Notes under the pieces: model-generated
What the model was told of the DNA's origin: nothing
Database searches by the model: none
The model's input: only the letters and a program-made list of their open reading frames with translations
From: Octopus sinensis
Taxonomy: Eukaryota
Length of the DNA stretch: 26,236 nucleotides
Reading direction: 5' to 3'
NCBI RefSeq assembly: GCF_006345805.1
Contig: NW_021835567.1
Coordinates: 1-26,236, forward strand
In this document: in pieces, positions 9,985-20,935 of the stretch
Layout of the letters: the number at the start of each line of letters is the position of its first letter
How positions within the stretch are numbered: position 1 is the stretch's first letter
Program-made: the position numbers and the translations under genes

Positions 9985-10792
9985 GGGCATGGTTGTGTGG
10001 TATGAAGTTTTCTTCCCAACTTCATGTTTCTGGGTTCAACCCCACTGCATAGCACCTTGGGCAAGTGTCTTCTACAATAGCCCCAGGCTGGTCAAAGTCT
10101 TGCCAGTGAATTTAGTAAATGGAAACTGAAAGAAACCCATCATGTATGTGTGTGTGTGTGTGTCTGTGGGTGTGTGTGGGTGTGGTGTCCATGCATGAAT
10201 GTGTGGGTGACTGCATATGTGTTTGTGCCTTCTTGCCTTGACATCATGTGACAGCTGTAAATGAGTGTCCCTGTAATACAAGCAGTATCTTTTTTTTTCC
10301 AATATTCTCCAAGAAGATGCCTGGCCAAGGGTAAAAAAAAAAAAATTACCTTGCTTGGACAAAAGATGAGGTTTAGCAACAGGAAGGGCATCATATCCAG
10401 CTGCAGAAAATCTGCCTCAGATAAACTCTGTCTGACACATGCAATTATGGAAAAGCAGACATCAAATAATGATGACAATGATGATGACGATGACAATGAT
10501 GACAATGATAATGATGATGACGATGATGACGATGATGATAATGATGATGACAATGATGATGATGACGATGATGATGATGATGATGACGATGATGATGATG
10601 ATGACGATGATGATGATGATGATGACGATGATGATGATGATGACGATGACGACGATGATGATGACGATGATAATGATGATGATGACGATGATGATGATGA
10701 TGACGATGATGATGATGATGATGATGACGATGATGACGTTGATAATGATGACGATGACGATGATGATGATGATGATGACGATGATGATGATG
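9985..10792 (+). mobile_element. SINE, family C: family-A-type tRNA/CORE-like head + family-B-like tail with ~325-bp (GAT/GAC)n
   Basis: Head ggcatggttgtgtgg...tgggttcaacccc...ccttgggcaagtgtctt. Tail aggaagggcatc...ccagctgcagaaaa...catgcaattatggaaaag, then (gat)n. Confidence 0.8.
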
Positions 10793-11300
10793 CAACTTTC
10801 ACAACCAGAAAACAACACTTCTTCATACAGCTTGAATTGTCCATTCACATTACATGCTCATATTAACACAAATGTCTTTTCCTGAATCGACCAGAAACGT
10901 CCTCTCGTACCTTGCCACTTTCTCACTTCATTTGCACTCCAGTTTTCATTGAAATTAACATTGCACATTCAGCAGAACACGCTTAATTAATTTCTCTCCT
11001 GTCCCAACAGACCCACAATTAATGCCTGTCTCATAACAATACATTATCACACATTTTGTTCTGTTTTTGTTTTGTTGTTTTTTTGTTGTTTTTTTGTTGT
11101 TTTTTTGGGGGGGGGTTTCTGCTTGGTTCATAAATGTTTCTTATATTATGTAGTGTATTTAACTAAATTGGTTCATAAATCTGTTGAGAATTGTCACATA
11201 AATATCCAGAAATACTTACATGGCAATATTTTAGAGATGAGTTACTGCCAGGATGGTAAAATATTGATTTGGACTATTAGCCTTATCTTGTGCGTGTACA

Positions 11301-11304
<4 letters not shown>

Positions 11305-11371
<67 letters not shown>
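11305..11371. repeat. (TG)n microsatellite
   Basis: Direct reading. Confidence 0.95.
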
Positions 11372-11373
<2 letters not shown>

Positions 11374-11702
11374 TTTATCTACGCACACGAAATAAACAAA
11401 AGCTACAAACGACAAGGCCAATAACCTGATCAATCTTTACGACCACAATACAAAATACTCGTCAAAAAAAGAAAGAAATAGAAAAAAATCAAGTTCAGTC
11501 CATGAGTAAAGAAAGTACTGATATGTACACACGTGATCACACATGTGTACACACAAGCAACCATTCATTATTGTTTTACACACTTTTATTTTTCTACACG
11601 ATCAAGTTAGTTGTTCAAATATTTACATCAGTACATCCATCAATATATATACACACACATACATCCATATATACTAGTATGTGTATGTATATGTGTGAGT
11701 AT

Positions 11703-11736
<34 letters not shown>

Positions 11737-11783
11737 GCACACACACACACATGCACACTCACACACATATATATATACATATA

Positions 11784-11941
11784 TTGGCGTTAGGAAGGGC
11801 ATCCAGCTGTAGAAACACTGCCAGATCTGACTGGCCTGGTGCAGCCTTCGAGCTCCCCAAACCCCAGCTGAACCGTCCAACCCATGCTAGCATGGAAAGC
11901 GGACGTTAAACGATGATGATGATGATGATGATGATGATGAT
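11784..11941 (+). mobile_element. 5'-truncated family-B retroposon within a CA/TA tract
   Basis: ttggcgttaggaagggcatccagc...ggacgttaaac(gat)n, flanked on both sides by TA/CA repeats. Confidence 0.88.
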
Positions 11942-12037
11942 ATATATACACACAAACATACATCCATCAATATATATATACATATATATATACATACTAA
12001 TATGTGTGCATAGTGTATATATATACACCAACACACT

Positions 12038-12069
<32 letters not shown>

Positions 12070-12206
12070 CACACACATACATCCACCAATATATATATAT
12101 ATAAATATATATACATATAAACATACACAATTAGTATATATGGATATATGTGTGGTGTGTATATATATATATATATATAATATATATATATATTATATAT
12201 ATATAT

Positions 12207-13305
12207 ATGAGAAGACCCGGCAAGACCAGTGAGAACAATCAAAATCAAATCATATATCAGAAAGCAGGAGTTAAGTGACCCATCTGTTCGTGTCCGCTGT
12301 CAGCCTCGTCTGGCACCCGTGCCGGTGATACGTAAAAGCACCATTCGCTCATGGCCGTTTGCCAGCTCTGCCTGGCCCCATGTCGGTGGCACGTAAAAGC
12401 ACCATCCGTTCGTGTTCGTTGCCAGCCTCGCCTGGCCTCGTGCCGGTGACATGTAAAAGCACCGTCCGTTCGTGGCCGTTTGCCAGCTCTGTCTGGCCCC
12501 GTGTTGGTGGCACATAAAAGCACCATCCGTCCGTGTCCATTGCCAGCCTCGGCTGGCCCCCGTGCCGGTGACACGTAAAAGCACCGTCCGCTCGTGCCGT
12601 TTGCCAGCTCTGTCTGGCAAACGTGTCGGTGGCACGTAAAGCACCATCCGTTCGCGTCCGTTGCCAGCCTCGGCTGGCCCCCGTGCCGGTGACACGTAAA
12701 AGCACCATCCGTTCGTAGCCGTTTGCCAGCTCTGTCTGGGCCTGTGTCGGTGGCACGTAAAAGCACCATCCGTCCGTGTCCGTTGCCAGCCTCGGCTGGC
12801 CCCCGTGCCGGTGACACGTAAAAGCACCGTCCGCTCGTGGCCGTTTGCCAGCTCTGTCTGGCAACCGTGTCGGTGGCACGTAAAAGCACCATCCGTTCGT
12901 GTCCATTGCCAGCCTCGCTGGCCCCCGTGCCGGTGACACGTAAAAGCAACCGTCCGTTCGTGGCCGTTTGCCAGCTCTGTCTGGCAACCGTGTCAGTGGC
13001 ACGTAAAAGCACCATCCGTTCGTGTCCGTTGCCAGCATCGCCTGGCCCCGTGCCGGTGACATGTAAAAGCACCATCCGTTCGTGGCCGTTCGCCAGCTCT
13101 GTCTGGCACCTGTGCAGGTGGCACGTAAAAAACACCCACTACACTCGCGGAGTGGTTGGCGTTAGGAAGGGCATCCAGCCGTAGAAACACTGCTAGATCT
13201 GACTGGGCCTGACGAAGCCTTCCAGCTTCACAGACCCCAGTTGACCCGTCCAACCCATGCTAGCATGGAAAACGGACGCTAAACGATGATGATGATGATG
13301 ATGAT
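12207..13305 (+). mobile_element. longest family-B retroposon copy, containing the tandem array
   Basis: Unique leader (one frame reads EKTRQDQ*, possibly the end of an ORF2), then 14 monomers, then the standard family-B 3' end with (gat)n. TA/CA tracts lie on both sides. Confidence 0.85.
12280..13134. repeat. GC-rich tandem array of 14 ~61-bp monomers organised as 7 A-B dimers (~122 bp)
   Basis: Monomer starts at 12280, 12341, 12402, 12462, 12523, 12584, 12644, 12705, 12766, 12827, 12889, 12950, 13012 and 13072. Type A: gtgtccgttgccagcctcggctggc...gccggtgacacgtaaaagca. Type B: gtggccgtttgccagctctgtctggc...gtcggtggcacgtaaaagca. Confidence 0.95.
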
Positions 13306-13359
13306 ATACACACACACACACATATATGTACAAATATATCACGGTTGTAGAAGAACACC

Positions 13360-13640
13360 ACTGTTGTGCGAGAGGTGTCATTTGTTTCCAGTCTTCAGAG
13401 TAAAACACAACTGGCCCGTGGGAAAATATTCACCTTGCTTGGAAATAAGTGAAGTTTGGCAATAGGAAGAGCATCTGACCATAACAGAGCTGTCTCAATA
13501 AATTCCATCTGACTCAAGCAAGCATGGGAAAGTGAACATTAAAACACTGATGATGATAACGATGGTCATGAAGATGACGATGATGATGATGATGATGATG
13601 ATGACGATGACAACAACGATGACAACAACGCTGACAAACA
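13360..13640 (+). mobile_element. degenerate family-C tail
   Basis: gaaaatattcaccttgcttggaaa...ggcaataggaagagcatc...gcaagcatgggaaagtgaacattaaa(gat)n. Confidence 0.7.
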
Positions 13641-13932
13641 AGTTTCTAGAAGCATTCACAATGTCGTTAGATCCTCTCGTTAGTGATCACAGCTATATAC
13701 ATTTATACATATATTTCTTTGTTTTTCAACTAATTAAGTTTAAATCATGTTTTCCTTTCTTTTTTTCTTCTTTAATGGGACTAAAAATTTGTTTTTTTAA
13801 AAACAATTTAAAAGAACCATTTTTTATAATTTTATTGTAAGTTGTTTTGGTTTTTAGTTAAATACCAAAAAACTGTGAAAAATTAGTAGTACTTATTTGT
13901 TTAAGTATGATTTTTTGTTTTAACCACAACTC

Positions 13933-14292
13933 CCAAGCGTGATCGTTGCCAGAGTGGCTAACTGGCCTCCATACCAGTGGCACATAAAAGGCACCATTCG
14001 AGTGTGGTCGTTACCAGCATCGCCTTACTGGCACCTGTGCCGGTGGCATGTGTAAAAAGATTCGGGCGAGGTTGTTGCCAGTACCGCCTGACTGGCCCCA
14101 TGCCGGTTGCACATAAAAGCACCCACTACACTCTTGGAGTGGTTGGCATTAGGAAGGGCATCCAGCTGTAGAAACTCTGCCAGATCAAGATTGAAGCCTG
14201 GTGCAGCCATCTGGTTGGCCAGCCCTCAGTCAAATCGTCCAACCCATGCCAGCATGGAAAGCGGACGTTAAACGATGATGATGATGATGATG
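13933..14292 (+). mobile_element. 5'-truncated family-B retroposon with three diverged monomers
   Basis: Three gccag...ctggc...gcacataaaag-type units, then the family-B 3' end and (gat)n. Confidence 0.87.
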
Positions 14293-14804
14293 AACTTCTT
14301 ACCTATCTCTCTGCACTTTTACATTATGCTACATTTTATTTTATTTTTTTTATGCCTCTTTAAATTAAAAATCAATCCGTGGATATATTTTGAACGTCAA
14401 AGATTAAGAACTTGCAAAAACAAAACTTTTTTTTTTTAATTTTTATTATGAAAAACACAAAAATTACTTTTTTCCTTTTTAACTAAAAGAAAAAAGCCAA
14501 AGAACAATATGGAATTTCAATTCAATGTTTTCCAGATGTATTTATATTTCAGATATAAGAATAACGAACACCTACATCATGTAACAGCTGTATTAGTTTC
14601 CAAATTAATGAAAGTAAACTTGTATTTAATGAGCATTAACTAGTGTTGCAATTGTTTCACTTTCTGTAAAATGTAAAATATTGTTCTTTCAATTTAATAA
14701 GGGGATAACAGATGTAAATTACAAATCCAAGTAAAATATATTTATAGACTTGAAAACAAAAAGATGGTCTTTTTATATCCTTTTTATCTTTTTTCTTTAT
14801 TTTT

Positions 14805-15140
14805 TTTTTTATTGCTTCAGTTATTAGACTGCAGCCATGCTGGGGCACCGCCTTGAAGGCTTTTAGTCAACTGAATCAAACCCAGGACATTTTCTTTTTA
14901 AAGCCTTGTACTTATTCTATCATTCTCTTCTGCTGAACTGCTAAGTTATGGAGGTATAAACACACAAGCACCAGTTGTCATCATCATCATCATCATTTAA
15001 CATCCATTTTCAAAGGGTGGCATGAGTGGGATGGTTTGACAGGAGCTGGTAAGCCTGGGGACTGTACCAAACTTTACTGTCTGATTTTAGCATGGGTTTT
15101 ACAGCCAGATGTCCTTCTTAATGTCAGCCACCTTTACAAG
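14805..15140 (-). mobile_element. degenerate family-A 3' module (14805-14980) joined to a degenerate family-B-like tail (14977-15140)
   Basis: gactgcagccatgctggggcaccgcc...caccagttgtca, followed directly by (tca)n tttaacatcc...ccagatgtccttcttaatgtc. Confidence 0.7.
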
Positions 15141-15489
15141 TTTTGAAAATAAGGAAGAATTTAATAAATTAATGTTGTGATTATTGAGCTTTGTGTTTAG
15201 AACATGAAAATGAACACAAAATTTCAAGAGAAGATCTTAATTTAGATCATTTGTAGCACAGAACTAGGGGCAGTCTCCAGAGTAAAAACCTTAGTGGCAA
15301 CATTTCTTAATTCATTCATAAGTCACTCATATTGCTTTTGGAGTGTTTGGAATTCTACTGGTCGATGTCATACGGCATGAAGTATTTTTAGAACTTCTCA
15401 TATCTGAACACTGCATTGTAGAATATTCTGGAATTTTGGTTCATTCTCCTCAACATAGTTCCAACACTGTCATCAAGGCTTCCACTTCA

Positions 15490-15985
15490 ATAGCTTACCA
15501 ATTTTCACATTCTTGTTTTCTTGTATTATTTGTGGCTCTATCAAGAATTTCATTTCTAATAAGCTCTAATTCTTTGTTAGCAGTAGTTTCTGTGCTTGTT
15601 TTGGAAAACACATCTTTTCTTTTCTTTCTTTCTCTCTCTCTCTCTCTCACTCTCTCTCTCTTTTTTTTTTTTTTTTTGAAATAATTTTGAATAGTCCTTT
15701 TTTGAGACTTGCATACATGACGCTACTAACATTTGCATTTATGCCAGATTGGCTTTGAATATCATTGTATTTGATTAAAATTCTTGTACAAATTTATCTT
15801 CTATAATAAGCCTTTAAAGCTCATATAATGCCATGGTTGTGCTTGAAGACAAAAATATTACTTTGATGTCCTTTAATGACAAATTATTTCTGTATTCCAT
15901 AGAATTGTCAACAAACGAGAACTTCCAATGTTAACTCTAAATCTCACTTAAGTAACCATTTGTTAAAAATAGAAGTACATGAACT
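15490..15985 (-). pseudogene. decayed pogo/Tigger-like (DDE_1) transposase fragment
   Basis: Minus strand across frameshifts and stops: IFNKW (15956-15970), FVDN (15904-15915), NLSLKDIKVIFL (15850-15885), GII*ALKAYYRR (to 15797). The order matches the pogo pattern IF..WL...ll.vDN...H...L..ikv.FLPpNtT...QP.DQGII..lKa.YRr. Confidence 0.8.
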
Positions 15986-16204
15986 AAATCCAGAAGATAT
16001 TTCAAAAGCTCTTCAGATGAGAGAATGTAGTGATTCACACATTTGCATAAGAACGGTAAATGAGCATTTGAACTTTTGACACCTTTGTGTTTGAAGATAG
16101 TCAGACATGTATCATTTAGCTCTGATATTTAATGGATTTTTACCAAGTGAAAATAGATGGCAAAACGTTTTTTAATGACTGTGTGGATAAGAGGCATGTT
16201 TTGT

Positions 16205-16360
16205 AACCATGTGGTAATGTGGTTTTGGGTTCAGCCCCACTGCATGGCACCTTGAACATGTGTCTTCTACTATAACCTTAGGCTAGTCAATGCCTTGTGA
16301 GTGAATTTGGTGGATGGATACTGTATGGAAGCCCATAATATACACATGTGTGTGCATGTG
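16205..16360 (+). mobile_element. degenerate family-A/C SINE head
   Basis: gggttcagccccactgcatggcaccttgaacatgtgtcttctactata...ccttgtgagtgaatttggt...gaagccc. Confidence 0.8.
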
Positions 16361-16371
16361 TGTGTGTGTGT

Positions 16372-16472
16372 ACATATATATATATATTTATATAACATTT
16401 TATATATATATATATATTTATATATTTATATATATAATATATATATATATATATAATATATATATATTTATA

Positions 16473-16513
<41 letters not shown>

Positions 16514-16521
16514 TATTTATA

Positions 16522-16568
<47 letters not shown>

Positions 16569-16569
16569 T

Positions 16570-16618
<49 letters not shown>

Positions 16619-16661
16619 ATATTTATATATATATATATATAATATATATATTTATATATTT

Positions 16662-16699
<38 letters not shown>
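16372..16699. repeat. ~330-bp interrupted (TA)n tract
   Basis: Direct reading. Confidence 0.95.
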
Positions 16700-16839
16700 G
16701 CATCCAGCTGTAGAAACTCTGCCAGATCAAGAGTAGAGCCTGGTGCAGCCATCTGGTTCACCAGCCCACAGTCAAACTGTCCAACCCATGCTAGCATGGA
16801 AAGCGGATGTTAAACGATGATGATGATGATGATGATGAT
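16700..16839 (+). mobile_element. 5'-truncated family-B retroposon at the end of a (TA)n tract
   Basis: gcatccagctgtagaaactctgccagatc...catggaaagcggatgttaaac(gat)n. Confidence 0.88.
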
Positions 16840-17534
16840 TCTAATATCTGAAAATTGATGAACAAACTAAATTTGCTTCTCCAATTTCTTATTTGTATTA
16901 TAAATTAACGGTAAAATATTTCTTTACCTTCACCCGTTTAATACAATAAAGAAGTTAATTGCATTGCAATTAAAAACATTTATGTATTAAGAATCTGGGT
17001 ACTTTACCAACAGTATATTAGATAAATACTATTCCTTAGTGGGTTACACCCATAACCCCTAACTTACTTTGTGGTGTATATATATATATATATATATATA
17101 TAGTTAATAAAAAAAAACAGAAAAAAAGACATAAAAAAAACAACAAAGCAAGGATGTGGTACATGCAAAGTAATGATGAGATGCTCAGTGAAGGAAAAAA
17201 ACAGTGATTGTTTTATATTTCGAGCAAAGCTCTTCTTCAGTAACAAGAGATGTAAGTAAGTCGGAAAGAAAAGGAAGAAGGAGAGACAAAAATAAATCAC
17301 CAACAGTCCACGTGTAGTTACACACACACACACACACACATACACCTACACAGAGAAACAATGCACATTCATACTTGATAACTTAGTAGCCACTTAAATG
17401 CTTTTTTGCATAGATACTTTTCTAATTGTCTATAAGCATGTATATGATATGTATACTATATACATGTGTGTGTGTAAGTGTGCATGCATGTATGTATGCA
17501 TGTATGCATGCATGCATGCCTGTATGTATGTATG

Positions 17535-17978
17535 ACCAGATGGGAATGGTCTTCCTTTGATGCTGACATGCAATGTCTGTGCAAGACCCTGCCTCAGTGA
17601 AGCTGGACTCAAGAGTCATCTTCGTAGTCATAAAACGAGACAGATGAGTGACAACCTGGCTACTGGTGGTGGTGTAATACACCATACTAATCATACTAAT
17701 CATATCTGTCAGGCATGTGGAAGAGAGTGTAATTCGGCAGGAGGACTTAAACGACATGCAAAGATACATGAAGCCCAGTTACAACTACAGCCGGCTATTA
17801 CCTGTAAAGGTTTTAGCTGCCAATTCTGTACAAGACATTGTAGATCTTTAGCTGGGCTAAAAAGTCACATTCGATCACAACACCAGTAACAGTTAAGCTT
17901 TGTGCAATGGCCATACTCAATAACGAGGGTAGCAACCATCATGTATGTATGTATGCATGTATGTATGTATGCATGCAT
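17535..17978 (+). mobile_element. 5'-truncated LINE 3' end (RTE-like) with (ATGT)n tail
   Basis: Zinc-finger ORF, then a 51-nt 3' UTR (tggccatactcaataacgagggtagcaaccatc), then (atgt)n. It begins abruptly after another (ATGY)n tract. Confidence 0.65.
17560..17889 (+). CDS. open frame with three C2H2-type zinc fingers, probably a LINE ORF2 C-terminus
   Basis: CNVCARPCLSEAGLKSHLRSH, CQACGRECNSAGGLKRHAKIH and CQFCTRHCRSLAGLKSHIRSQH. These fit the C..C.R.C.S..GL.SH.R.H type known from RTE-clade C-termini. There are no TGEKP linkers, and an in-frame TGA lies 8 codons upstream. Confidence 0.7.
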   Translation: MLTCNVCARPCLSEAGLKSHLRSHKTRQMSDNLATGGGVIHHTNHTNHICQACGRECNSAGGLKRHAKIHEAQLQLQPAITCKGFSCQFCTRHCRSLAGLKSHIRSQHQ

Positions 17979-18989
17979 ATTTCACTTAGGCACTGCAGTA
18001 CTAATAATCTAGTGTAGAACTCAATATACAAGTTCTTCTGAATGAAGCACTAATCAAGCATAGAGCAGTGATAAGAGAAAGGAGATGACAAAGGAATATA
18101 GGATTATCTTATGGACTTCATAAGATTACAGCTGTTTCTGCTGCAGCAAGTCATAAAAGGCGGCAATATGATGTAATGGTCGTTTACCCGAACAAGCATA
18201 ATTGTTGGTAATCCCACTGGTTAAAATTACTGCCCATATTTGAATTCTACTTTCGTCAAAGAGAATTCTTTCACGAAATATGGTTCTTAGAATTCAGGTA
18301 TGAGCAGTTATAAAAACCCTGATTTGGGGAAAATTAATCAGTGTTCATAGGATGCTACTTAACTTCACGACACTCATTGAGATACTGACTATTTTTTATG
18401 CCATGTCTATGATAAAAATCCAACAAGACTTATTTAAATTGTTGTGAACTTTAGTAGTTAGTATGAAGGATTAGCTAGTGTGAATTTTAAGTCATAATTC
18501 TCTACAACAAAATGACTTTACTTCCCAATTGTACTATGAATACTAAATGTACATAAATAAACTAATGTAGTAATTATTTCCGCTTTCTTCACGTTCTTCA
18601 ACTTGTTAATGAAATTTACTTCTGCAATTATGAAACTGTATTTTTTATAGCGGTTAAAAGAACATGAATTTATTCATCTTCAACATACATGCACACATAA
18701 AATATCTGTTAGTGTTTCAGAGTATATATTTTCTCGCTATGGCGTTCATGTAGCTGGAGTCAGGATTTATGTATAATGATAACACTTATAAGTAAGTTAT
18801 AAGTGGTGTGTTTATTAATAGATGTTCCTACTTCAAAAGTAAAATATATTTATTATCTATTTCCAAATAGGAAACATATAAAAGTAGCGTTACACAAACA
18901 GTAACCAAACGCGGCTATAAAACTGCTATAAGATATTGTACACTCATAGTTGAGTGCCTTAGCTTCATCAGAACCTTATCATGATACAT

Positions 18990-19240
18990 GTTAGTGTCCT
19001 TCATTTCCGATCTTCCATGGAACTATGTAACTATGGAGAAATATTATATCTGTTTGGAAACAAGTGAGCATTGATGTCAGGAAGAGTTCCTAACCATAGA
19101 AAATCTGCCTCAATGAATTCTGTTCAATCCATGCAAGCATGGTAAAGTGAGCATCAAAATTGATGATGGTGAGCGAGGGAGGATGGCAGCTGTGGTTGCG
19201 GCAACAATGATGATGATGATGAGGAAGAGGAAGAGCAGGA
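18990..19240 (+). mobile_element. degenerate family-C tail
   Basis: gtttggaaacaagtgag...tcaggaagagttcc...tagaaaatctgcctcaatgaattc...catgcaagcatggtaaag...(gat)n. Confidence 0.65.
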
Positions 19241-20771
19241 TGTAACTTGAAAGATATGACACATGTTCTGACACTGAATCTGGAATGGAATTCAGAAATT
19301 CAGCTGAAAGTTCTAGAAAAATGGCTAAAATGAAACAGGCTAAAAATTATCACTTTTAGGAGGTATAAAACAGTGATTATGAAATATTTTAGACTCTTGT
19401 AGGAGGATGAAACTGGAAGAAACTGTATCATGTTTGTAAATGCTGAAAACCTACAAATTACTTCTAACACTGTTAGTCATTAAAAGTGCTAAATTTTTCA
19501 TATGGTAAGAGTTGGAAAATATTATCTTTTATAACATTTGGTTTATCGGATGTGATATACTATTTATTTTCTTTTTTATCATTTTGTAATGGAAGCCAGA
19601 ATTACATGAAAGAGTTGAAAAAAAATATACCATGTGTGTTAGCAAGTGGTGCAAATTTATAAATTTTATCAAGATTATGGTTTGCAAATTACTGTATATC
19701 TTACATACAATCAAGTTAAGAATTATTATTTCAAAAATGTGCAGGCTAGTAAAACAAATTGTCCAAACTTGTCTTGGATTGTAATGGTGTAGATAATGAA
19801 ATCGGGGAGATTCTGATATGTTTGAAAATGGTGAAAATAGAGCAACTTAGAACTTTCCAGTTTGAATCTGCGTAAAGTACTCTATCTATCACACAAACAC
19901 ACAGATATATGCTTTTGTAAGTTTTGAGGTGTTTTACAGTATATCAACATTAAGTAAGATATACAGATTGCCATTTTGAACCAATAACTTCTACCACCAA
20001 CAACAAATTTTTACCCTGCCTGCTGAGTATTTGCAACATCAATGATGTGTTAATCACTGCTTTTCTATATTTGTATAGGCTAAATTAATCTATGCATGTA
20101 GCTTATAGACAATACTTGCTACTGATGACAATCATAGAAGAAGAGATCTAGATTTAGCTATTCCACCACCACTGCTGGAAAATTTACTGTTTGCTACTTC
20201 TGTGGTTTCTAGCATTATATACATCTAAATGAGATGCTTTCTCAAGATGAATGCCTCAGTTTTGGAGCTTTCTACTGTATATCCACATTAAGATATGCAG
20301 AATGCTATTTTGAATACTTATTGATGCTTCCATCACTACAAATTTATGAATACACACACACACATGCTAGTATCGAAGAGCATTGCATTGGTATGTAAAT
20401 ATTCTTTATTTGTGGATTAACAAGGCAGGCAACCAATGGTTTCATACAGAAGATTTTCACAATTTTTTAAACAAACTACATGGGAATGCTGGTACACTCC
20501 ATGAAACCATCAGTTGCCTTGCTAATCCACAAATATATATATATATAGTGAGGCTGAGCTGACAGATTTTTGTGATTAATTGATTTGTTTAATTTCTTTA
20601 GTTCTTTTTTCAAGGCTTGTGACCTTAACAAAGCTGATATACTTTTTATACACTTCCACACTCTCACACATTTATTATTTTTTGCATAGGGCTCTTGTCT
20701 GAACTAGTTTAATGCGTTCACTGCCTTAGAATATAGCTTTATTTTATTGTCCCCCCCCCCCACCCAAAAAA

Positions 20772-20892
20772 AAAGATGAAAGGCAGAGAGGACCTCAGCA
20801 GAGATGACCTCAGCAGGATTTGAACTCAAGACACAAACAGCCAAAATAAATACCACATTGCATTTTGTCCTACACTTTCTGAACTCCACCAG

Positions 20893-20897
<5 letters not shown>
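20772..20897 (-). mobile_element. degenerate family-M SINE head
   Basis: gatgaaaggcagag...gacctcagcaggatttgaactcaaga matches the reverse complement of the family-M head. Confidence 0.65.

Positions 20898-20935
<38 letters not shown>

Noticed and set aside
10140-10885. Poly-D/S/H/M/I ORFs up to 234 aa
   Set aside because: They derive from the expanded (GAT)n tail of a SINE.
12280-13134. CRISPR-like array of palindromic repeats
   Set aside because: There are no unique spacers (loops recur as two alternating types), no cas genes, and the context is eukaryotic. It is a tandem repeat inside a retroposon.
12257-13184. ORFs of 115-292 aa over the array
   Set aside because: They are translations of the tandem repeat with frames shifting between units; no domain is recognisable.
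15495-15620. Minus-strand exon KDVFSKTSTETTANKELELIRNEILDRATNNTRKQECENW ending at a GTAAGC donor
   Set aside because: No pyrimidine-rich acceptor upstream (purine-rich on minus); it is better explained as a continuation of the decayed pogo-like transposase.
17557-17889. Host Kruppel-type C2H2 zinc-finger gene
   Set aside because: No TGEKP linkers, finger pattern is of the RTE C-terminal type, there is an upstream in-frame stop with no evident acceptor, and a simple-repeat tail follows 51 nt after the stop. An exapted exon is not excluded.
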